A DNA stretch of 60,309 nt, the filler included, from Dirinaria sp. TL-2023a (Eukaryota): NCBI GenBank assembly GCA_051941275.1. It is 4 parts of 4 records of this genome, joined end to end, with 100 filler letters (N's around TTAATTAATTAA, not from the genome) between each part and the next. Parts side by side here need not be neighbours in the genome. Positions count along the whole stretch, not along the records: positions 1 to 15,015 come from JAVEBF010000565.1; 3 more parts are not named here. One strand, written 5' to 3'. The position numbers and the translations under genes are program-made. Below are positions 1 to 11,890 of this stretch, piece by piece. The notes under the pieces are model-generated. The model searched no databases, had not been told where the DNA came from, and worked only from the letters and a program-made list of their open reading frames with translations. The first letter of the stretch is position 1. Each line of letters begins with the position of its first letter.

Positions 1-2824
1 CGGGAAATCATTCGGCAGCTCGACGCCGTCGAAGCCCTCGCCGAGGGCGCGCTTGAACCAGTAGGGCGACGAAGGGTGCTGCTGGCGCCAGGCGCGCAGG
101 ATCCAGTACCGGCGCTCCTTTTCCGTGACGAGGGCCGAGATGCCGCCGTGCGTGGCGGAGCGGTGCAGCTCCCCCGCCTGGCTGAAGCGGGTCGGGTTGT
201 ACGGGCATTCGGCGTGGTGCTTGTGGAAGGTGAGAGGGGCCCATTCGCACTCGCAGGCGGGGCGGGCGTGGTCGGTCACTGGTTCCTCGATGTTGAATTC
301 GAGCGTGAGTTGCACGCCCAGCAGGGTCTCGATGTCGTCGGTCCAGGCGTTGAGGCGCTGGAGCGCCGAGCGCAGCAGGCGGAAGAGGTAGCTGAGGACT
401 ACGATGTTGCTGTAGTCCAGGAACGCGAGGTTGAGGAGCCGCTCGACGCGCGAGGACATTTCGAGGTGCAGAGGGTCGGAGGTGGGCCATTGGATGATCT
501 CGGGCCCGTCGGCTAGGATGTGGGGATGAGGGGCTTCGGCCGTCGGAGTCGTTTCTCCAGACGCGTCATCCGTGGAGGGCATGGGGAAGAGGGTGTAGTG
601 GCCGCAGCTGAACATGGCGTGAAGGCGCTGGCGATGGCGCTCAGGAGTGGTGAGTTGGTAGATGTCGACGATGGCCGGGCAGTAGCGTCGGAAGCGAGAT
701 GGCTCGGTGTTGTGGTCGATGACGCGCTTGAGGATGAGCTTTTCGATGTCGCCGCATTCTTCCCAGTGCTTCGTGTCGGCAAACAGGTGTTCTTTCGAGC
801 AGTAGCGGACTGTGGTCTTGGGCCCACACCCAAGACAGATGAAGCGGTCGGCACTCATGTCTGAGATCTTGACTTTGCAGCCTTCTAGGTGGCAGTCGAG
901 CAAGTCGCGGTCGTGACGCCAGATCTCTTCTCCAAAGAATTCGCACGCTTGGTACTCCCTCAGTCTTGTAGAAACATTCCCGCTCGGCCCACCAAGGAAG
1001 TCGGGGTGGCCGGCAATGGAACGTGCGTCGGGTCTCGTACGTTCGTGAGGAAGAACATGGGTGAGATTCTGATCGAGATGGACTGCGGGTTGTACAGTGT
1101 TGATGGGCTCGGATCGAACTATGATGGGTGCTCGCAACCATAACTCTGGGTCGTCGACAGCGTAGTCTGGAGTGGGGCGGTAGCAAGTGGGGAGATTTTC
1201 GAACATCAGCACACCAAGATCTTGAAGAGCTTTGTCCGCGCGTGTGTGAGTTGCATATGCCCATATCAAACCGCTCTTTTTGTCACGTTCTTTGAGGAGC
1301 ATCTCACACATAGACGAGTCCATGCGTGCAATGAGCGTTTCTCCTAAGCTCGAAGTCACAGCCAACGATTTCTTGTATTTGGCGAGCCGTTGGCCGATCA
1401 TCTCCGCTTGGCGATAAATAGTAATAGAGTCGATCACTTTTACAGCTTCGATAGACTCGTCTCGCACCACCCATTTGCCTTTTTGCTCGCGTGTGGGCTC
1501 TATTCACTAGTCAGTCATTGTTGGCCAGTTGGCACAAAGCTTAGTATCGGTGCTTTGATGCAATGCAAAACTAGACGTACCTGCTGTCTCTGTAAATACT
1601 GCTTCCGCAGTAGGGGTAGAGGGAGCCGAGGCTGCTGAAGTATTAGTAACAGAATTACAGATCTCGAAAAGTTGAAGTGAGATATGGTGAGAGTGAGGGC
1701 TAATTTAATTAGCAGGAAGATAGACTCACATCGCTGCGCAGTGCGCTCTCTGATATGATGAATGCTGTCGGCACGAACCCGCCGGCCAGAGAGGACTGGT
1801 GAGGGAGCCGGGACATCTTCCTGCATTGTTGGCAGCTCTGATTGATGAGTCTCGCCGGGCTCAGTGGCTGCTGGCGCTGTCGATGGAGCTGGTTGTGTTG
1901 TTGCGGTGCTGGATTCACCAGCTGGAGCTGCAGCATCCATCTGCCGCTTGGCCAATGCGGCATTCACCTTAGATGTGACCTCTTCCTTCAACCGCTCGCG
2001 CTTAGCCGTCTCCACGGCGGCTTTGACCTCCGGAGGATCTTGCTCAGGTACTGGTCCTGGTGGTGGTCTCACATTACCACCGTCAGCTCCTGTGAGAACC
2101 TCAAGATACTCAAGATCTGCATCCGACAAGTTTACTTTCTGACCATAATACATGGCGCGTGGAACACTAAGCTCTCGAACACCGCCTTGCTCGCTATTGA
2201 TGGCCTGGGCCAGTTTCCAGGCCTCCTTCCTCGTCGCTTTGTAATGAAGGGGCAGCCAAAAACCAGAGGGCCCTCTGCGTTTGGTTGACATTACGGCTGC
2301 TTTCTCATGGTTTTTGCGGAGCAATTCTTGATATCCGGCGTGCTGCAAGTGTAAGATGCGGGTGAGCTAGATTGTGTTGAGATTTACTTACAGCCATCTG
2401 AGTAATTTGTGTAATTTTAGTGACCTGTTGATGAAAGTAAGCTAGCTGCTGCACCGAAGAAATCGCATAAAACGTACTGGATCGACAAGAATATCAAAAT
2501 CCTTCACTGGAATCAAAGCAGGATACTTCCACTGATCAGGGAAATTCTCAACAGTGATATCCAAATGGTAAGGGAGAAATGCTGGTCGCCAATACACTCC
2601 ATAATGCTGGCCTATACTGTACCCATGCTGGTTGTGGCGCACCCTCAGTTCTACGAAGAAGAGTAAGCATTAGATTTAGGTACACTCTAACCGTCAATGG
2701 GAATTTAGTCTAGAAATATACCTGAGAAAAGTAATTAGTAGCAGCATTTATTGATGGAAGCGATAAAGGACAGACCTTCAATAACAGCGGGCGTTAACTC
2801 GGTTAGACGGTTGATGGTTGTCAT
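1..2824 (-). CDS. Multi-exon hypothetical protein with MYND-like Cys/His zinc finger; 3' end runs off the window start
   Basis: Phase-consistent exons 2824-2776, 2650-2478, 2424-2392, 2342-1730, 1634-1581 and 1499-<1, all GT-AG. The last exon is open for about 500 codons and is absent from the ORF track. It contains CHLEGC-x13-CLGCGPKTTVRYCSKEHLFADTKHWEECG, later CECEW and RYWILRAWRQQHP. The 5' exons lack homology support. Confidence 0.75.
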
Positions 2825-4402
2825 GATGTTATGAAATGTCCCTGAGCGTATATAGATTACAGTTCTTGCACAATTGCACAAATGAACAAAATCTTTGTCA
2901 CAATCAGAGCAGATGTGGCTTGATGATATGAGTGAGGCAGTGATGATGAAAGTGCAGCAGTAATGATCTGATCAACACAAACGAAATTGGAAATGAGATC
3001 AAACAAAGACGCGACTTCTGTGGGTATCTATATTGTAGCTCTTCCGCAGTTCTGCCGAATTCTATAGTCCTGTCGGACAGATACATTTCTGGCTTGATCT
3101 TTCAAATCCCAGGTTACCGTACAAGCTCAGCTCTTAGAGATAACTGAGGAAATGACCTCTAGATATTTTCATATAGTCTGAGCATGGTGTGGAGACATGG
3201 GAGACATGAGGCTGCAGAGCTAGTTGACTAGGTCTTCTTGTTTTCAAAAGCAATGGCAATGGCTGCCAAAGTATGGTGTCGACCTGTTGGTGGTAAGCAA
3301 AGACTCGAACAAGAGCCAGTCATCTAAGGTACTCACTATAGCTAAGCCATCACAGACTTGGTATCATTCTAGGCCTCTCGCAGATCTTGCACACGTAGCT
3401 TCTCCAGACCTACAGAGCTGTTCGCCTATCTTGTCCTCTCCTTCCGGAGGTGGTATCATCTACGACACCACAGCGTCAAGGCAGTCCAGGGTCCATGGAG
3501 TTTCGCCTTGAATCTATGGGTATGCGTCTAGCCAAATCTATCGAGAGAATACTCACCCTGCTTGGGCTGATGCTGTACGCGGCCGGCGGTTGATAGGCTC
3601 CGAAATATTCGGGCGAGCACATCTTCCACGCAACCACCTTCTATTAAGGAAGTCCATTCTCAATCAGGCACACCAAGTCAAGAGGATGACCTCGTGAGCC
3701 TTAACGATATCATCACGGGTTATAAGTCCCTGTCGCAGAAGCTTGAAAATTGTGATGGAGAAGCAAACTTGTCACAGCCATGCAAAGGGTAGCAGAAACA
3801 GCAAACGCATCGGCGAAGATTACTACTTCAATACAGCTTTAGATGCTAGTACGATGTATAAAGAGATTCGATGCAAGGCCAGAGCCAGTGATTACTCGGC
3901 TTGACCCAAAGGGAGAGATTCCCAAACCAGGGCAATGTTATTGCTCTCGTCTACCCATCTTGCCCCACCAAGGATTTGACTTCTGATTCCTTAATTTCCT
4001 ACTGAATAGACGCTCTGAAGTAAATAGGAAGAATGAGAGAATAGATTGACCAAGATTGACCAAGCAAGGGCAAAGGAAACTTGCTCCTGAGGCTGTCCTG
4101 AGAAAAAGGTGTTTGAAGAAAGTGATAAGACATTTTGACGCTTTACCTTTTTGCGTTAGCGTAAAAAAGCTTCCCGCGATAGATGAAAATAATAAACTCC
4201 GCAGTGTCAATATCAATAGCTCTGCTTGCCAGAAACCCCATGCATGTTCACAGCCGGGCTTCTCAGAGAGTCTTTTCAAAGCCTCAAAACCGCTTCGGAA
4301 TAATTATCCTGCGTCGTTGCATGTGCAAACCTTTGTAAAACAGCCAGAGCAAAGCTCTGAGGGTTTTCTCCAATAAACCTCTTGACTAGGTATAGAGCGA
4401 AG

Positions 4403-6362
4403 ATGGGTGAACCTCATAATATCTCCCAGATCCTTGCGGCCTTAGGTCAGTAGCAGCTTTTTCAAGGTGAAAGCACCTTAGAGTACTGACAGATTGCCTC
4501 TGGTAGCTGCTCAACGGCCAGGCGGTACACCATCTCAAGGACAGCAACAGCCTCCTCAACAGCAGCCCTTCCAAGGCTACCCTGCCCCTTATGCTAATGC
4601 AACACCGCCTGTCGGAGGTCAAGCCTATGCGATGCCACAGCCAACCAACTCTGGTAGCATAGACCTGAGCAATATTAAGCCTGTTAGCTCAGGTTCTGTA
4701 AGTCTTTCAGACGCTGTCGCAAGAGCGCGTGGCATTGCGGCCGAGAAAGGGATTCCGTACGACTCTCGCGACCGCAATGGCGGTAGGTATCCTTCTCGTT
4801 ACTGTCAGTTGGTCCCCGCCCTCGGTTAGGCTATCAGAAGCTGACAATGCTTAGCACCAAACCGCGACAGCGACCCAAGGTTAGCAGGCCGCATGTACCG
4901 GCGCTCACGTTCACGGTCAAGGTCTCCCCCTCGCCACGGCCGAGACAGCTACCGAGACAACTATAACCCTTACCGTGATGAGAGACGTGATGACCCAAGG
5001 CGTGGTGGGTACGTCCGTGACCGATCCTTTTCTCCTACCATTCGAGGTGCTCCAAGCTATTCGCCCCGTCCTTATGGCAGAGATCGTACACCACCAGGTC
5101 GTCGCGGGGAAGACGACAACTCGGAAACAATTAATATAGCATCCAACCTCGTCGGCCTGATCATTGGTCGTCAAGGCGAGAACCTGCGACGCGTGGAAGG
5201 CGAGACTGCAACACGTGTGCAATTCGTCACCGGTCCTGAAGCCAACGGTCCAATGCGCTCGTGTAAGATCACTGGTACACGTAAAGCACGGGACGATGCC
5301 AAGGCTGAGATACAGCGCATCATCGACGAAAACGGCAACGCCGCAGGGCGAGCAATGATGCAAGAGCGGCCAGTCATCCAGCAGAAAGGACCAGGCTCGC
5401 ATCAGCCTGCTTTACGCGCTGGTGAAGATGCGACTCAGATCATGGTGCCAAATCGCACAGTTGGCCTGATCATTGGGCGTGGGGGTGAGACCATTCGAGA
5501 TCTACAAGAACGGAGTCAGTGCCATGTCAACATCGTTGGTGAAGAGAAAAGCGTCAATGGACTGCGTCCTGTCAACCTCATCGGTACAGCACAAGCAGCA
5601 GCCAAGGCCAAAGATTTGATCATGGAGATTGTCGAGAGCGATACGAAGAGTCTTGCCAGCCAGGGCGGCTCGCGTGATCAGGGTCGTGGTCAGCAATTTG
5701 GCGGTCTTGGAGGTGATGGCGAGAAAATCAATGATCAGATCGTCGTGCCGTCCGAAGCTGTGGGTATGATCATTGGGAAAGGTATAAGACTATACCCAGC
5801 TGAATGATGAGTGAGTTTTGCTAATTTCGATTGCAGGTGGAGAAACTATCAAGGACATGCAAACTCAGACGGGATGCAAAATCAATGTGTCCCCGGCTAG
5901 TGGCCGTGATATCGAGCGTGAGATCGGTCTTGTCGGGTCTCGGGTCGCCATCGATGCAGCCAAGCGTGCCATTCTGGAGAAAGTCCACGCAGTGGTGAGC
6001 ATCTCTATCCTCGCTTAACCGGTCTCTCTTCCTTGTACTAACTTTGGGGATAGGAGGACAAGAACCGCTCATCCCGTGGTGGCGGAGGTGGTGGCTATGG
6101 TGACCCACAGTACAATGATCGCTACCAAGATAACCAAGCGCAACAGCAATCATATGGGCAACCACAGAATGCTCAAGCTCAAGCTCAAGCTCAAACTCCA
6201 TCTCAGTCCAATGCTCAAGGCCCTCCTGGCGGTGAAGACATGTACGCGGCCTACGGTGGCTACAACAACTACATTGCCCTCTGGATGTCCCATTGGGCAG
6301 CGCAAGGCCAGCAACCTGGAGGCCAAACCCCGTCTGGTGAGCAAGGTCCATCTGGCTCGTGA
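4403..6362 (+). CDS. KH-domain RNA-binding protein (FUBP/PSI-like, 3 KH domains)
   Basis: Exons 4403-4445, 4507-4782, 4855-5781, 5837-5994, 6054-6362. Three GxxG loops (VGLIIGRQGE, VGLIIGRGGE, VGMIIGKGGE), an RS-rich segment and a C-terminal YAAYGGYNNYIALW motif. Confidence 0.92.
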
Positions 6363-7219
6363 GACTGCGTCAATCAAAAAACCCCCGACCAACCGATTGT
6401 GAAGCTGTGATCTTTGTTATGATTCGGTGACTCGATGAGAGCTGAGACTCGGTGACATTGGATGACTCGCTTGACCCCTCGTCTGAGCTCTGTCTCTCTC
6501 CTCTTGATCTGACTTGGAAAAGAATCGTCATGATGTTCCTGGACCTTGATCTGTAATCGATTGAGAAACTTTGTCAATGGCCGAAATACCTATGCCGCTA
6601 TTGTCGCTTTTCTTCCCAGGAATTAACACTCTTGGCCTGCTCCACAGACGAGCGCAGAAAATTCAGTACCATTCCAACCCCTTTTTTCTTCATCTCCAAC
6701 AGTATGCATTTCGAAGCAATTTGCATCCGCGCGCGACAACGATAGACAACAATGAATCTTTGACCAGGCTGCATGCATGCTTGCTGTGAATTTCCGGGCC
6801 TTGTCACAGATTTAGTGATTACCATGGGCGGCAGCAGGGCAGCCAAGGCTCGTTTAGCGCTTACCTTATGGTACGAGTGGCGCTATCGAGATGCTTGGCA
6901 CAATGGGTTATCGATGTCATGTCAGACATCATCAGATCCAAAATCTTGAGGGCTGTGGATAATACAAACATCGATATCTAGGGAAAGACGGGACTCCGTG
7001 GGAAAAGGGAATCGAAAGTGGAACTTCTAATGTATTTTCTGTCTTCTACCAACTTCCGACAACCCAACCAAAGAATGCATGTCGAACCCCCAGTCTACAA
7101 ACGTTGTCCCCTGGCTGTTTTCTCTTCTTCTCAACCCCCCTTCTTAAATCAGGACCTTGTGCGAAAGGATGCTCAGCCTTCTTCTCTAACATAGAGAGGA
7201 AAAAGAGGGGAAATAATCC

Positions 7220-7880
7220 TGTTGTTTGCTACCTCCTTTAAATAGACAATGTCCAACAGCTAAAATCCAGCGAAGAAGCAAATTCATCTCATCCATGTGT
7301 GCGTATTGCTAGCAGTCTGCTCGTCATTTAAGAGTGTAAAAAAAAAAAAAGGCTCTTCTAATCATGAGCTCTGATAGTTCACTACATCAAGATCTTCTCT
7401 TTCTTTCTCATCTTCGAAATCATCTATCCCCATCCCCATCCCTATCCCTTCAAAAATCCCCTCTCAAATCAGTCCCATATGCAAAAAGAAGACATTCGCT
7501 CTAAACCCACTCAAACCTTCTTCTCTCACTCCGGGACCATGAGGCACGATGTATCCTGTTGTTTGCTCCTTTCAATAGAAAATATTCAACAGCTAAAATT
7601 CAGCGAAGCAAAATCATCAAAATTTCTATTTGCTCGTCATTGAACCCAAAAAAAAAAAAAAAAAAAAAAAGGAAGACTCTTCCAACCATAAAAGACTGCA
7701 ATCCACTCCCCCACCCAACAAACATCCCCTCTCAAATCACCACCTTACAGTATGGAAAAGAAAAAAAGCCATTCGCCCCCTCTTCAAAACTTCTCCGCTC
7801 ACTTGTTTGTTATCTCCTTTACATAGACGATTTACTTTATTCAAACTCAACCAGCGAAGAAGCAAGAATCATTGAAATAT
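7220..7880. repeat. Three degenerate tandem units (about 250-340 bp) of an A-rich repeat
   Basis: Core TTGTTTG..CTCCTTT..ATAGA...CAGCGAAG(AAG)CAA recurs at about 7221, 7558 and 7803. CTCGTCATT-polyA-(G/A)CTCTTC and CCCCTCTCAAATCA each occur twice. Confidence 0.7.
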
Positions 7881-8895
7881 CTATTTCATCCCTGTATGAT
7901 TGGTATGCGAAGTATGAGTACGGATAGGATTAGGGGTATATGTTCGCAACCCGCTATTTTTTTCCAATTCCCTCAAAAAGTAAAAAAGAAAAAAGTAAAT
8001 CCTGAATTACGAACCGAACCCACAGCGTAGGTAGGTACCTTAGGTACTTGTACTACTCTATATCTCAGCACATCCTCCCCACTTACCTTACCTCCCCTAT
8101 AACTACAGTACATTCTATCTTATCTGCTCAATTCTGTAATAACACAGGACTTGCAGTCTCAGCGAACCAAGCGCACGAAGTAAGGTAATACTGCCGAAAA
8201 TACTAAATTCGATATCATATAATATAACCTGATTTTACAGAGCAGGGAAAGTAGAGCTTACGCAGCAAAGGAAAAGGAGAAGGAAAAAGGATAAAGAGGG
8301 GGTTGTGTGGTATGTGGTATTATTGCAGAGTCAGGAAAGCGGAGAGATGAAGATGGGGGAATAACGAAAAAGCTATAGCTAGGAAATTGAAATATCTTCC
8401 TTCTCTCTCTTTCTTCTTTTTTTTCTCTTCTTCTTTTGTTCTTGGTGGGACGGGCAGGTACCGAAAATGGGGTTCGAATGGTATGAGGCTATCTTATAGA
8501 TAACTTAAGCCTAGCTATGCGGAATAAGGTAGCCATGTTTTCCTTAATCCACACAAAAAATCCGTCAACAGCTTCCTAGCTACCTATACTCGTTTTATGA
8601 CGATGTCTTAGAAACTGTTCATTTATCATTTTTTCCCCTAATCCGAATCAACCCATCACTTAGGGGTCGAGCCCGTTCCATTCGCGACACGGTCTCGCTA
8701 CGCCGTCCACTGGACCCTCAAGGCTTTAGTAAAAATCTATTCCGGATCATAATGAAGGAAGAAAAAGAAAGACATACGGCATCGTATACTTGATCCTTCC
8801 GTCGTAAGCCCCTTTTTAAAATACCAAAGCATGCCAAAATCAGCGCCTACACTCCTTGTTTTTTTTGCAAGTGATAAGAAGCCTTGAATATGACT

Positions 8896-9738
8896 TCAAG
8901 GCCCCGTGAACCCTACCGGAACAGCTGGAACCCTCTGCCCTGTACCCGTGCCAGAGCCGTGTGACGGCCGGGGCGGCGGCGCGGCGCTCGAACTCGTCCC
9001 GCTGTTGGTGCTGTTGGTCACGCTCGTCGCATTGGTACCGTTCAGCGGGATTATGTCAATGTCCACGATCTCAATGTCGCCGTCCACGTGCCCTTCGATG
9101 ACGATTTCTTCAACAGGCACAGGGTCAGCGTTGGCAGCGCAATTGCCAGGCACAGTGCCGTTGGTAGAGATGCTGCCATTGTAGCCCGGTTGCTGGTCTG
9201 TAGGGAGGAAATTGCCGTTTGAGTCAACGTATTCGCCGACTGGTTGAGGCGGGCAGGAAGTTACCACTGGCTGCGCATAGGCGATGGCGGTGGCGTTTTG
9301 GATCGGTGCGACGGTGCCAGTGCCCACAGGGACGACGACGGTCAGGTTCATGGCACCGCTGGTGCTAGTGGCGCCGTTGGTGCCTTGCGAGTTGGGGGCG
9401 TTGACGACCGGACCGTGGCCGTAAAAGGGGTGCCCACCGACAATGGAGTTATGTGCTTGTTGCTGAGGGTCGAAGGGGAGGTGCCCCGGGCCACCGGTGG
9501 AGCCAGCGGCGGGGCCAGAGGTGGTCGTCCCGGCGTTAGGTCCACCTGCAACCACGAGAGGCCTACCGCGCGGTTGACGGGGCTCGAGCTGGTCCCGCTT
9601 TAGATGGACGTTTTCGCCGGGCGGTGCATTTGCCTTGTTTCCAAAGCGTTTGGAAACAAGCTTGGGGACGTGCGGCACAGCTATGGCGAGAGCGTTGGGA
9701 AGAAAGAGAAGTGCAGTGAGGGCAAAGGAGGACTTCAT
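8896..9738 (-). CDS. Secreted Gly/Thr/Asn-rich protein (280 aa) with signal peptide and Kex2-like KR sites
   Basis: Likely start is the internal Met of the 456-aa ORF (MKSSFALTALLFLPNALA). Dibasic sites SKR and LKR, several NxT/S sequons, two Cys, strong coding-like codon bias. Confidence 0.75.
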   Translation of the reverse strand: MKSSFALTALLFLPNALAIAVPHVPKLVSKRFGNKANAPPGENVHLKRDQLEPRQPRGRPLVVAGGPNAGTTTSGPAAGSTGGPGHLPFDPQQQAHNSIVGGHPFYGHGPVVNAPNSQGTNGATSTSGAMNLTVVVPVGTGTVAPIQNATAIAYAQPVVTSCPPQPVGEYVDSNGNFLPTDQQPGYNGSISTNGTVPGNCAANADPVPVEEIVIEGHVDGDIEIVDIDIIPLNGTNATSVTNSTNSGTSSSAAPPPRPSHGSGTGTGQRVPAVPVGFTGP

Positions 9739-10857
9739 GATGGAGGAATAGTTGATGGGGGAATAGTCAATGGAAGCGAAATGCTTCTCGAACCACAAAG
9801 AGACGATGTTGGAATGTTGGACAAAGAAGCAGAGAGACAAACACCCAAGAAATCCTTCCAAAACGTTGATGTAAGCAGCGAAGGCATAAGTGGCTGCATG
9901 AAGGATATATATACCATGCAAGGTTTGAGGCGGCCTTTGCTCCTGCCAGATGCTGTCCAATAGTGATATGGAAGCCGCCTCGGACCATTTGCTGGATTCA
10001 TATTTTTGCGAACGCGGCATGTGCATGACGCGGCCAGGCAGACTTTTGCGAAGCCATGGACTGGGAAGGTTGCGAAGCTGCGTGTCAGACGGTTCAGCGA
10101 AAGCTCTACTATGGGACACAAGGCAGGCGCGATGACCAGTCATATGGCAAGTCTGACCCCATGGGCTCAGAAAATACCCGACAGAAGCGGCAAGACAGTA
10201 TATATAGACCCGCAGCGTTTCGATCGCATGTCTTATCGGATCTGCTTGAAACGAAACAATCTGCACCGGGGGCCGTGAGGCTCTGCAGACGTCTGGGAAC
10301 GTAATACGAGGTTTAAAGTCAACACAAGCGAGTCATGCTTACTTTAATATTGACGAGTTGTCCATGTCAAAGCCTCGCCATACTCATTTGTGTTGGGATC
10401 TTCTGTGGGTTAGTTTGCGATGTCATCGGCTTCACCGGCACTCCATTAAGCGGTTGCCTCTTGATCGCATCTCGGAGCATCAATACAGGCGATGGAGGGC
10501 TGTAGCGTTTGATACACGGCACTCGTCTAATAAAAGCATGATCAGCGGTGCGGGAATGAGGAGAGAATAATCCTTAGCACACTGTTGCGGGCTATGAGCG
10601 TCTCACCCGCTGCCAATCGGCGTTTCCTGAGTTTTGCCGGACGGGATGCGGGCCGGTGCTAAGATGACAATTGCCGAGAAATGACCGAGACCTTGTCGTT
10701 TCAAGCTTAGCGCCATGCCGTCATCCTCGTCACACTCTCCTCGTCCCATTCGGAATTTATATTAAAACTATCAGTAAGTATTGGAGTAGAGACCTTGACT
10801 CCTCTATTGCGTGTGATAAAGTCTACTCTCCAGTGCATGTAGAACCCACTACCGAAG

Positions 10858-11541
10858 ATGGCGGATACCAAGGACGCCTCGGCGCAAACCCGCATCATGA
10901 AGCATATGAACGCCGACCATCAAGATAGCTTAATACGTTATCTGCGCCACCACCATCATATCTCATTCTTCTCGGCACGCAACGCGGAGCTTGTCGCCAT
11001 GGATTTATCCTATCTCACCATAGTGTCTGCTTCCCACCCTTTCTCGGTCAAGGAACACCGCATACCTATCGACCCACCGCTCGCATCATGGGCAGAGGTA
11101 CGTTCAAGGCTCGCCGCCATGGACGCGGAATCTTGCTCGGCTCTGCAGTGCTCACCCATCACGGTCAAGAAGTGGATTCGACCGTACGGCACTTCTGCTG
11201 TCAATTTCACGCTCTTTCTCTGGCTGTACTCGACCTTCTGCCGGCGGGCAAATTTCTTACCTGGTTCGCTGTACTATAGATATTTTTTTGGCTTCATGCC
11301 TGGTCTGGCAAACTTCTGCTCCAACATTCAGCCATTTCTGTTCTATGGCGTGCTCGCCATACATCTGATGGAGTGTCTCTTCATTATGAAGCCAAGGCTG
11401 CAGAAGCATACAGTGCGCATGTTCAATTCGGTCTGGTGGCTGTGGAGTTTCAGCAGTTGCTTCGAAGGTGTGGGCGCCACCTTGAGGTTTGATCGCCTGG
11501 TGAAAGAAGAGGAGGAGAAGAAGGCGAAGCAAAAACACTAG
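10858..11541 (+). CDS. DUF2470-domain integral membrane protein
   Basis: RIMKHMNADHQDSL..YL signature, then IPIDPPL.SW.EVR.RL..M and C-terminal hydrophobic segments ending in FEG...RFD. Single exon. Confidence 0.85.
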   Translation: MADTKDASAQTRIMKHMNADHQDSLIRYLRHHHHISFFSARNAELVAMDLSYLTIVSASHPFSVKEHRIPIDPPLASWAEVRSRLAAMDAESCSALQCSPITVKKWIRPYGTSAVNFTLFLWLYSTFCRRANFLPGSLYYRYFFGFMPGLANFCSNIQPFLFYGVLAIHLMECLFIMKPRLQKHTVRMFNSVWWLWSFSSCFEGVGATLRFDRLVKEEEEKKAKQKH

Positions 11542-11890
11542 CCCGTCAAGTTTCCAAAAATGGAATTCGATGATTGTCCTCTCATTCGCTCTTCTAGATT
11601 CGCACTGAAATAGTCTGAGCAAAAGATGCGACCTCTGACTCATGGATTATTTTCACGCACGCCTTCATCAATCTGGTTTGTCAGACATACGTTGTTTGCT
11701 GAGCAAATCCTATCAAGATGAAATACAATTACATTACTAATTACTCATACTATCAAGTGCTACCAAGCTATAGAAGATCACTGCAACCACTTGTCAAACG
11801 TCTTGTACCAGATGATGTTTCCAAGTCTATACGTGACCATTTAATCCTAGAAACTCTACATGGTAGTGGTTGGATAAGTGAAAGGCGGCC

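Noticed and set aside
8..1264. ORF-track ORFs of 84-207 aa on both strands
   Set aside because: Shadow frames of the GC-rich last exon of the MYND-like gene.
6410..6490. C/D-box-like words (ATGATT, CTGA, GGATGA, CTGA) in the KH gene 3' UTR
   Set aside because: No canonical RUGAUGA box, terminal stem or identifiable guide.
9739..10266. 5' extension of the 456-aa ORF
   Set aside because: Non-ATG start and promoter-like sequence; the signal peptide starts at 9738.
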